Of a stretch of DNA of 64,000 nucleotides, positions 34,035 to 43,931 are shown piece after piece. A program made the translations under genes and the position numbers. Position 1 is the stretch's first letter; each line of letters opens with the position of its first letter. The notes under the pieces were generated by a model. The model did no database searches, was not told the DNA's origin, and saw only the letters and a program-made list of their open reading frames with translations. Where the stretch lies: NCBI RefSeq assembly GCF_963921235.1, contig NC_086097.1, forward strand, positions 106,518,001-106,582,000, read 5' to 3'. The DNA is from Mobula hypostoma. Lineage: Eukaryota.

Positions 34035-35773
34035 GCACCTCTTCCTAGAGATGCTGCCTGGCCTGCTGCGTTCACCAGCAACGTTTATGTGTGTGGCGCT
34101 GGTAACTGGCGACTTTGCGCGTGCTCTCCCGAGCAAACTGCCCTCTCCACTATCCTATATCCGAGGAACCCTTTTAAACCTCCAATCTGGCAAGATCAAG
34201 ATCAACAACACCCTGGCAAAGCTACTGACCCAGCTGGAGACCACCACGCCAGAATTGCTCCTTAAATTCCAGACCGCACCTGGACCAGATCAGCGAGGCC
34301 CACCACGTTCCCGGAGACCCGTGGTTTGCTACTGTGCCGGAGCGTTTGGAGACACAGCCCATTCTGACCAGCACCTCTCCAGACCAGATGACCACACAGA
34401 AGTGACGGCATAGACCTCAAGATGCCCCAGATGCTTCCCTGGAGCGACCACCGTAAAGCCCCGTTGGTGGCCATCCACAGCTGCCAGAAGTGAGGCCTCC
34501 GCCGCCGACCTCGGAAATCGAGCCCGAGGCTCCGCTGGAGTGGAGGCCTCTGCAACCATGACTCGGCTTAAGGACTTGTTTCAGCCAGGAGCCCGGCCAT
34601 CCGGGATTAAGTGTCGGCTTCGGGGCCCGACCCAATCGACAGCCCGGGCCCCCGGCAGCTGGAAGTGGCAGCGGAGCTTCCCCCGTTACTCGGCCCGACC
34701 CGGAGCGTCCAACAACGCGACCCGCTGATCGATCCCCACGGGATGGGTCCACCAACCGCAAAGGGCTGACAACAACGCACTGCATCGATGGAAACCTGGA
34801 AAGGTGCACTATTTACCGAGGAAGCGTGGGAAAAGAGCTGGGCTGCTGGTCAGATTGAAGCTGAGGGGCTTCGGGGTCCCTATGCCCACCATCCTACTAG
34901 CTAATGTGCAAGCCATAGACAACAAGGTGGATGATCTTAAAGGGAGACTCACCTACTGCAGGGATATGCAGAACTGCTGCGTATTCTGTTTCACTGAGAC
35001 CTGACTCGCCCCTGCCACCCCCGACTGTGCCATCCGACCGGAGGGATTTTCGATCCATCAGAGGGACTGCACGGTGTCTTTGGGCAAGACGAGGGGAGGT
35101 GGTGTCTGCCTACTGATCAACACTGCGTGGTGCTCGGACACAGTGTCACTGACAAGCTCCTGCAGCCCGGACCTGGAACACCTGTCGGTGAAGTGTCGTC
35201 CCCACTATCTGCCATGGGAATTCACCTCAGTCATACTGACAGCGGTCTACATTCCCCCCCACCCCCCAGGCGGACGTGGAGTTGTCTCTGAACATACTGT
35301 ATGCCAACATCAGTGAACTTGAGACCAGGTATCCGGAGGCTTTGCTCATTACAGCCAGGGACTTTAACCAGGCCAACCTCAGAAAGGCGCTGCCAAAGTT
35401 ATACCAACATGTCTCCTGCCCCACTAGAGGCCCGAATATACTTGACCACTGCTACACAGCAGTCAAGGATGCCTACCGTTCCGTCCCACGACCTCACTTC
35501 AGAAAATCCAACCATCAGGCCGTACTCCTCCTCCCGGCTTACAAACAGAAACTGAAGCGGGAGGTTACAATGTCAAAAGTAGTGTCGCGTTGGACGGAGG
35601 AAACAGATGAGGTCCTCCGTAACTGCTTTGAATCGGTGGACTGGTTAGTATTCAAGGACTCAGCAGCTAACCTCGATGAGTATGCCTCAGCTGTCACGGA
35701 CTTTATTTGGAAATGCACAGAGGACTGTGTGTCTCGCAAGACGATCTGAGTTTTCCCTAACCGGAAACCTTGG

Positions 35774-37495
35774 ATGAATTATGAGGTCAAGTCCCTTTTA
35801 AAGGCTAGAGCTGCGGCTTTTAGGTCCGGGGATACCAGTCGCTACACGGAATCCAGGCGTGAACTCCGGAAAGCCATTAAGGGCGCCGAGAGGCAATATC
35901 GAGCCAAGTTGGAAGCTCAGGCTAACCAGAGTGATGCCAGTAGACTATGGCAGGGTCTAAATGAGATCACTGGGCGCAAAGAAAAGGCTGGGAATATCAA
36001 TAACTGTGGCGCTTCTCTTCCTGATGAATTTAACATATTCTACGCAAGATTCGAACAGAAGAGGAGCGTCCCACTCCCTCCGGATGAACCGGACTTGGTG
36101 GCACCGGGATTCATCGTCACCGAGGAGGATGTTAGAATGGCCTTCCTGAAGATAAATCCAAGGAAGGCAACGGGCCCAGATGGCGTCCCAGGACGGGTTC
36201 TCCGGGCCTGTGCAAGCGAGCTAGCTGGAGTGTTTGCTGACATCTTCAACTGCTCCTTGCTTCAGTCTAAGATCCCCTCGTGTTTTATGAAAGCAACGAT
36301 AATCCCAGTGCCGAAGAAGAGCAAGGTGGCATGCCTGAATGACTATCGACCTGTGGCTCTGACATCAATTGCTATGAAGTGCTTCGAGAGATTGGTTATG
36401 GCACACACCAACCACAGCCTACCGGTCAACCTCGATGCTTTGCAATTCGCCTACTGGAGCAACAGGTCAACGGCAGATGCCATCTCTCTGGCCCTACATT
36501 CCTCCTTAGAACACTTGGAGAATAGAGACGCATACGTAAGGCTCCTTTTCATTGACTACAGCTCTGCCTTTAATACCATCATTCCAAATAAACTGATTCC
36601 TAAGCTCCGGAACCTGGGCGTTAGCACTCAGATCTGCAGCTGGCTCTTCAACTTCCTCACAGAAAGGACCCAGGCTGTAAAAATAGGGGACAAGCTCTCC
36701 TCTACAATCACTCTGAACACTGGTGCCCCACAAGGCTGTGCACTCAGCCCCCTGCTGTACTCACTATACACCCATGATTGTGTAGCCAAGTTTCCATCAA
36801 ACTCAATATACAAGTTTGCTGATGACACAACAATTGTAGGCCATATCTCGGATAATGATGAGTTTGAGTACAGAGAGGAAATTAAGAATCTGGTGGCATA
36901 TTGTGAAGACAATAACCTATCCCTCAATGTCAGCAAGACGAAGGAATTGGTTGTTGACTTCAGAAAGAGTAGCGGACCGCACGACCCCATTTACATCGGT
37001 GGTGCGCAAGTGGAACAGGTCAAAAGCTTTAAGTTCCTCGGGGGCAATATCACAAATGACCTGACTTGGTCCAACCAAGCAGAGACCACTGCCAAGAAGG
37101 CCCACCAGTGCCTTTACTTCCTGAGAAAGCTAAATAAGTTTGGCCTGTCCCCTAAAACCCTTACTAATTTTTATAGATGCACCGTAGAAAGCATTCTTCA
37201 AGAGTGCATTACAACCTGGTATGGAAGTTGTCCTATCCAAGACCGAAAGAAGCTGCAGAAGATTGTGAACATGGCACAGCACATCACACAAACCAATCTT
37301 CCATCCTTGGACTCACTTTACACCGCAGGCTGTCAGAGCAGTGCTGCCAGGATAATCAAGGACATGACCCACCCAGCCAACACACATTTCGTCCCTCTTC
37401 CCTCCGGGAGAAGGCTCAGGAGCTTGAAGACTCATACAGCCAGATTTGGGAACAGCTTCTTTCCAACTGTGATGAGACTGCTGAACGGATCCTGA
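35774..37495 (+). CDS. Rex1/Babar-like reverse transcriptase, open 573-aa portion of a disrupted element ORF
   Basis: 'KATGPDG', 'DYRPVALTS', 'DYSSAFNTI', 'PQGCALSPLLYSLYTHDC' and 'KFADDTT'; the upstream endonuclease part has stops. Confidence 0.8.
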   Translation: MNYEVKSLLKARAAAFRSGDTSRYTESRRELRKAIKGAERQYRAKLEAQANQSDASRLWQGLNEITGRKEKAGNINNCGASLPDEFNIFYARFEQKRSVPLPPDEPDLVAPGFIVTEEDVRMAFLKINPRKATGPDGVPGRVLRACASELAGVFADIFNCSLLQSKIPSCFMKATIIPVPKKSKVACLNDYRPVALTSIAMKCFERLVMAHTNHSLPVNLDALQFAYWSNRSTADAISLALHSSLEHLENRDAYVRLLFIDYSSAFNTIIPNKLIPKLRNLGVSTQICSWLFNFLTERTQAVKIGDKLSSTITLNTGAPQGCALSPLLYSLYTHDCVAKFPSNSIYKFADDTTIVGHISDNDEFEYREEIKNLVAYCEDNNLSLNVSKTKELVVDFRKSSGPHDPIYIGGAQVEQVKSFKFLGGNITNDLTWSNQAETTAKKAHQCLYFLRKLNKFGLSPKTLTNFYRCTVESILQECITTWYGSCPIQDRKKLQKIVNMAQHITQTNLPSLDSLYTAGCQSSAARIIKDMTHPANTHFVPLPSGRRLRSLKTHTARFGNSFFPTVMRLLNGS

Positions 37496-39384
37496 CCCGG
37501 ATCTGGGCCGTAACCTCCAAATATCCGGACCTGCCCCTCCGTTTTTTTGCACTACCTTACTTTCCATTTTTCTATTTTCTATTTATGATTTATAATTTAA
37601 AATTTTAATATTTACTAATTTTACTGTTTTAAATATTTTTAATATTTAATATTTGTAATCCAGGGAGCAGGAAGCACAGAATCAAATATCGCTGTGATGA
37701 TTGTACGTTCTAGTATCAATTGTTTGGTGACAATAAAGTATAAAGTATAAGTATAAAGTCTGTTAAAGTCCCTTTGAAAGTATTGTGATGTGTTAATGGT
37801 ATGAGTTTATGCTTGAGTTCAGAACTGGTATTAAAAATTGCTTTTATTTTTAATTCAAACAAAATATTAGGAAAATAATCAAAACTATATTGGACAAAAA
37901 CAGGTGCAGCTTCAAATATTCTTTGGACTTCAGCAGAGGGCTTTACAATTTATTCAACTGATAGAAAATACCTTTGCAAAAAAAATTTATTTGCTGATTT
38001 TCAGATTCTAATCCTTTAGAAAATCACCACTTTTGCAAATAAGGTTTAGAAACTTTTTATGTAAATCTGAGGCAGTAATACAAAATGAATCACTGCCAGT
38101 GACTACTTGTGTGTCTTAAGGACCTGTTCTTTTCAAAGACTCCATTATTGGGTTAATTTCCAGAATCTGAATCAACCTCAGTCCCTTAAGGACACTCATA
38201 TTAAATTTCTTTTGACCATAGTATGGGTCACATGCCTGAACTCGTTATTAAGTTTTACCTGGATTCAAATGCTGTGTCAAATATAGTGCACCTGCAGTCA
38301 TCCACTTGGTGAAATCCTTGGCTTTGGCTCTGTTTCTGGAGATTTGTCAACAGTCAGTGTTCTATTAAAGAGACTGGGATGTGTAAAATGGATTATCATA
38401 CAATTAACAATGAGGTAAGTAGAATGGACAACTACACCTGTTGTCTGCAGGTTACTCAGAGGTCATTCATTTGCTGTCTGCAGATTACTCAGAACCCATT
38501 CGTTTGAAACACTGAGCCCAAATGGAAGGGGAAGACATTGTAATTTCCTGTAAAAGCTTTCCAAATGTCAGAACTGAGAGGGCAGAATAAGGCTATTAAA
38601 AATGTCTGATTTCTCATAGTTAAGTTTTTCTTTTCGGTCTCTATCATCCATTAACAGCAATTAATAAATGAGTTAAGATACTGTGTTACAATTCTGGAGG
38701 GCAGAGCCTGAGGGAACAGAGAGAGGGGATTGATAATACCCATTCTGTCCCACTCAAATCACAAACCATTGGGAGATCAGTCAAGAAGCAAGACCCTTTA
38801 TCTTCTAGAGATCTCATTATCTGTAGTTCTCAGCAGAAGAAGAAATCAATAACGTTTACTTTTTTTTATAGCAACTACAAATTTGATTTAATCCCTGAGT
38901 AACTCTGTGCAATGTCACATGTTGAGCTTCATAGGGTTGATTCAATATGAGAAGTGGTTCAGAAAGTGGAAGCCTATGAAAGCTGATTGGCTGTTAATCT
39001 GACTTTAAGAGTCTCAGTCTTCCACATGGATAGACTGCTAATGTTCACTGTAGTTGTTTAGTCACTAATTCAATGACATCTAACATCAGTGTGATCAGTA
39101 GATGAACACACCTCCTGAGATTTTCAATGGCACTTTATATTCATTTGCATTAGAAAAAATAAATAATTGCATTTATTTCCACATAAATAAAAAGTAATGC
39201 AAAAATAGTGAGGTAGTGTTCAATGAATCAACCCATGAACACTACTGTACCTCACTAATTTTGCTCTTTTTACACTACTTATTTAATTTTAATAGCTATA
39301 TTTCTTGTTGTAATTTGTATTTTTTGTATGTATTGCACTATACTGCTGCCACAAAACAACAAATTTCATGAGACACGCCAGTGA

Positions 39385-40100
39385 TACGTGTTGAGCACCC
39401 CATATTGGAAATGCTTGGGACGGAAGCGTTTCTGATTTGGAGTTTGGAACACTTGCATCTACAGTATATAATGAGATACTTGGGGATGAGATCCAAGTCT
39501 AAACACAAAATCCATTTATATTACATATGCAGCTTGTACATGTACACTGAAGGTAGTTTTATATAGTATTTTCCTCTACCGCCCAAGTGGACAGTCAGTA
39601 GCTGTCCATCATTTATGTGCTATCGGTAAGCAGCACTCATCTTACACTTGTTCATCACACATCTGTACTATTGCAGTCATTCAGTGTGTCAAATTTTCAT
39701 CAGTGGCGATCTTGCCAAACTCATCAATGAATTTCTCTGGTGTTTTATGGTCAGCACATGCTTTATCACCACAAATCTTTTTTTAAAAATGCTGTGCCTT
39801 TTTTAAACATTTCTGCAACCAGCCTGCTGAATATTCACAATTACCTTCAATTTTCAGTTTGTCATGATCGATTTTTGCTTGTTTCATGATCAGTATACTC
39901 TTAAGCAGGGTAAGTTCACTCTGATGTTGATGAATCCACTCTTTCAATTACAATCTCGAGATCTTCATTTTTCACTTTATACAGTTTTTCTTATTTTTCA
40001 TTAACTTCTCTTCATTATTTATGTGAGGTCACTTTTCAGAACTGTCTGTGGTACACAGAGACCTGCACATTACCTGGGAACCTTCCCAACGCCTTGTGGA
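39385..40100 (-). mobile_element. Tigger/pogo remnant (Tigger4/Zombi-Jerky-like)
   Basis: Terminus GTTGAGCACCCCATATTGGAAATGCTTGGGA..CCAAGTCTAAACACAAAAT resembles, from memory, MER46/Tigger4 ends; minus strand near 39710-39950 gives CENP-B HTH-like 'LKEWIHQ..CEYSAGWLQKCLKRHSI..ICGDK'. Confidence 0.7.
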
Positions 40101-40278
40101 AAGACTTTGAACAAGTTGTCAATGATAGGATTCTGCTATTTAAAAAAGAAGCCCTCCATGTACTTTGAAATTATACTCTTTGGTCATTAAACATAAGAAA
40201 CAGAAGTTTCTACCAACATTATTCATTTTGAGTCATCTTCCCTCAGGAAACTTCTAACCTATTTGCTCAGTTAAATAA

Positions 40279-40355
40279 GCAACATACACAAAATGCTGGA
40301 GGACCTCAGCAAGTCAGGCAGCATCTATATAGGGGAACAAATAATTAATGTTTCT
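40279..40355 (-). mobile_element. PLE terminal fragment
   Basis: GCAACATACACAAAATGCTGGAGGACCTCAGCAAGTCAGGCAGCATCTAT matches the arm ends of the fold-back elements. Confidence 0.65.
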
Positions 40356-40394
40356 GTTTGCAAAGCAAGAATCTATTTTGCCGTAGTCACTATT

Positions 40395-40988
40395 ACAATA
40401 TTATGCTGAGGCTTTATAAGGCGTTGATCAGACAGCACTTGGAATATGGTGAGCAGTTTTGAGCCCTTTATTGAAGAATGGATGTGCTGGCATTGGAGAG
40501 GGTCCAAAGGAGGTTCACAAGAATGATTCTGAGAATGAAAGGGTTAATGTATGATGAGTGTTTGATGGCTCTGGGCCTGTACTCACAGGAGTTTAGAAGA
40601 ATTGGGGGGGGGGATCTCACTGAAACCTATCAATTACTGAAAGGCTAAGCAGAGTGGACATGGAGAGAATGATTACAAGTGAGGAAGTCTAGAACCAGAA
40701 GGCACAGCCTCTGAAGGATGTCTCTTCAGAACAGAGAAGACAAGGAATTCCTTTAGGTAATGGTGGTGAACCTGTGTAATTCATGGGCACGGATGGCTCT
40801 GGAACCAAGTCTTTGGGTATATCCAAAGCAGAGGTTGATAGGTTCCTGATTAGTAAGGGTGTCAAAGGTTATGGGGAGAAGGCATGAGAATGCCGTATGG
40901 AGGGACAAAAAATCAGCCATGATGGAATGCCGAAACAGACTGAATGGGCCAAATTGCCTAATTCTGTTCCTATGTGCTATGATCTTAT
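40395..40988 (+). mobile_element. Old CR1 3' fragment
   Basis: Decayed 'LRLYKAL..HLEY..LERVQRRFTRMI' coding sequence and CR1-type 3' hairpin and tail. Confidence 0.8.
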
Positions 40989-41454
40989 ATTATTGAGAGA
41001 AAACTGGCAGCTCTGGGGTCAAAATGTTGCAATTTTATAAAGTTTGAGTCAACATCGCAATTCACTCGACTGCTTAAGATGAGGGCCAGTATTTAACATG
41101 TGGAAAAGGCTAGGTTGATTCAGTTACTAGGCTAGGTTGATTTAGCTTATCTCATTCAGAGCGGCACTTTAATTAGAGTAGGGATGGGAAGAAAAGTCAT
41201 AGATTTGAGTTTCACCTTGCTATTAGCAAAATCTGCAGAAAGTGTTTGCATATGCGTTGGATACAGACTGAATGAAACTCAAAAACAATGCACCACTCAG
41301 TTACACCTGATACTGCTCAAGCATGGAACCAATTTATAGCATGGGAGAAAAATGATAGTAAAAACAGACAGAAAGAAGATTATTCCTCAGTAATCATTGG
41401 TTTGAAAATAAATTATATAATCATGACATCCACTAACAGAAAATTATCCAAACA

Positions 41455-41671
41455 ACACACACAAAATGCTGGAAGAACTCAGCAGGCCAGGCAGCATCTA
41501 TGGAAAAGAGCACAGTTGACATTTCAGGCCAAGACCCTTCAGCAGTTCGGTCTCGGCCCGAATCGTCGACTGTACTCTTTTCCATAGATGCTGCCTGGCC
41601 TGCTGTGCTCCTCCAGCAGTTGGTGTGTGTTGCTCGGATTTCCAGCATCTGCAGATTTTCTCTTGTTTGTG
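41455..41671. mobile_element. Older fold-back PLE mini-element
   Basis: Arms about 41455-41536 and 41549-41632; turn-around inside the hammerhead; tail on the right; TSD-like ATTATCCAAACA (41443-41454) and ATTATCCCAACA (41672-41683). Confidence 0.85.
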
Positions 41672-42509
41672 ATTATCCCAACATTATCTCCAACAATTGC
41701 ACTAATGACAATTATGTTAAAAAATGGAAAATGCTGTTTTTTTTTCTATTTGCAGCAGTTAGCTGTTTTCATTAACCTCTGTTAAAAATGCCATCATTTC
41801 TTCACAGAAAAGAAAAGGTTTTTTTTGTGGCTTGAACACATTGATCAGTATTTACAACATCCAAGCTCATTATCACCACTCCATGGAATGCAAAATCTGT
41901 TAGGTAGAAACAGCAGATGGGCTGAGAAGGAATCGTTCAAGCCACACATTTTTGCTCAAGATTAATTATATGAAGGCACTGTGTACAAACATTAAAATCT
42001 CTGAATGATGTTATCATAGCTATTGCTGATAATAATTTTTTGATGCTGTCCAGAACTGCGACTTGCGGTGGTGATGAGGGAGGAACATGTTTTCACATAT
42101 TAAATCAGAACAGGACAGAGCATGTGTGTTTGTGCGTATGATAGAGAGAGAATTAGGAAGAGAGAGAGTGGGAACAAGCATTGAAAGAAGGTAATTTTGT
42201 TTTTCACGTTAGAGCTGCTCTTAAATTCTTAAATGTTCTAGGCCATTCAATAAAATGGGTTTATATAAATCAATATTCTTGAAACAATGATAGATTAGAT
42301 TAGATTAGATTAGATTAGAGCTTAATGGTCATTGCTCAGGTCAACAAGATTGCACTGCTTCTCCAGTCAGTGCAAAACAGCATATTGCCAATACTAAAAA
42401 CACAATGACTATGTTATTTATAATGACATATGTTACAACTGAATAAAAAACAATAAAACAATTAAAAGAATTAAAGAAACATTGCCTCAATCAAGTATTG
42501 CACATGCCC

Positions 42510-42955
42510 TTGTTATAAAATACAACATGAAACAGCATCAATAATTAAAGCTGAGATTTAAAAAATACAAAGATCTCTGAAATTAAAGGAAGGTAGCTGA
42601 CCCATTTAAACATAAGTACTGGACCCTCCAAGAGGACCGTAACCTTGTCTTACAGCTTGGAGGCTTGCATGCCACAATCACCTGGAAAGCTGTGCTGGCT
42701 GGAGTCAGGGCTTCATGTTTTGGCTCTTGCTAGGTTCACTTATGCCAGGCAGGTCAAAGGGTAGAGGACAGACTAAGAGTGGTTCCACTGGTCTTCAAGG
42801 TTCAGAGTTCAGCTCAACCCTAACTGGTAAAACAAAATTGTTATGGAAACTACAATGAAGAATCCTTCTGGGTGCAACAGTATGGACAGAGAGTGATGGA
42901 GGACCTTCACTGCTGCACTAAATGCCTGTGCTGTAATGGGCAGTAATTAACTAAC
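42510..42955 (+). mobile_element. Probable RTE-derived short element
   Basis: 14-bp direct repeat TATTGCACATGCCC at 42496-42509 and 42956-42969; body (ACCTTGTC..GGCTTGCATG..CAGGTC..TCCACTGG) resembles, from memory, RTE/BovB 5' UTR sequence; short TAAC-type tail. Confidence 0.5.
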
Positions 42956-43391
42956 TATTGCACATGCCCATGTGTTGCACTTAGAAAATGTCCATTGCAT
43001 CTATGGACTATTGGTGGGTGGGTGGGGAGGCACTGTTCAGTTGCAGAACAACTCTGGGGAAAATGCTGTTTTTCAGTTTGAATGGAGAGATGTTTCTGTG
43101 TCTCCTCCCAGATGGTAGGAAATTAAACAAGTAATTACTGGGTCATGATGTTGCAAGCCCGCTATAGACATTGTGAGCTGTAAATAGTTTTGATATCTGG
43201 TAGTTGTGTCTCAATGATGTTCTGTACAGTCCTGATCAGTCCTATAGTTGAAGGGTATTCTGGTTGATCTTGTTGCAGCTAGAATAACATACTGTCATGC
43301 AGTTGGTCGGTATGCTCTCAATTACACATCAATAAAGGTTTACTAGCAGCTTTGGGAGCAGATTTGCTTTCTTTAAACTCTTAAGATAGTA

Positions 43392-43681
43392 CTCTTACGA
43401 TGGAAGGTCCAACGGTCAAGAAGGCGGTCTCTGCAAGCGTCGTGGAACGTGTAGAGCAGGACAAGACACAGAAGATGTCCTGGTCATCCACTGCGCCTAG
43501 TCCCATCTCCAGCCGTCTAGACTCTGTCTTGCCACTGGATCCAGATGGGAATTGGGAAGAGAGAGTGAGGCTGACGCTGCGCAACTCTCCCTCACTTAAA
43601 TCCAAATCACGCGCCAGTCTCGACACCATCATTATGGTGTCGAGGTCCTCATCGACGTCAACGATGGACGAACAACCAACC
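43392..43681 (+). mobile_element. CpG-rich 290-bp SINE-like insertion, probably RTE-dependent
   Basis: 9-bp TSD AAGATAGTA at 43383-43391 and 43682-43690; hairpin CTCGACACCAT-CATT-ATGGTGTCGAG; (AACC)n tail. Confidence 0.75.
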
Positions 43682-43931
43682 AAGATAGTATAGGCACTGC
43701 TAAATCTTCCCTACTCTTAGGGAAGTGTTTAGGGAGGTGGTCCAAGAGAGCTCCTCTGTGATGTTCACTCTCAAAAAAATTAAAGCTGGAGACCCTTTCC
43801 ATTGCTTCACCATTTATGCGTAATGGAGCTTGTTCATACTTTCTTCATTTCCTGAAATCAATAACCATTTCTTTGTTGAGTGAAAAGTTATGGTTATTGC
43901 ACCATCCAAACCATCCATTGCACCATCCAAA

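Larger units (their letters stand above)
33839..34093. mobile_element. Fold-back (palindromic) PLE mini-element
   Basis: 106-bp arms 33879-33984 and 33989-34094 around an AGAG loop (4 mismatches by eye); about 40-nt unpaired tail on the left; perfect 14-bp TSD TGGCGCTGGTAACT at 33825-33838 and 34094-34107. Confidence 0.92.
33820..37759 (+). mobile_element. Near full-length Rex1/Babar-like LINE (APE + RT)
   Basis: 5' AAGATGGCG; 'RKRGKRAGLLVRLK', 'LANVQAIDNK', 'CFTET' and 'DFNQA' (endonuclease, disrupted); open RT ORF; AATAAA plus (AAGTATA)n tail at 37732-37759. Confidence 0.9.

Noticed and set aside
43381..43693. Overlapping 97-aa and 100-aa ORFs on opposite strands
   Set aside because: They coincide with a TSD-flanked GC-rich short insertion and show no recognisable protein motif.
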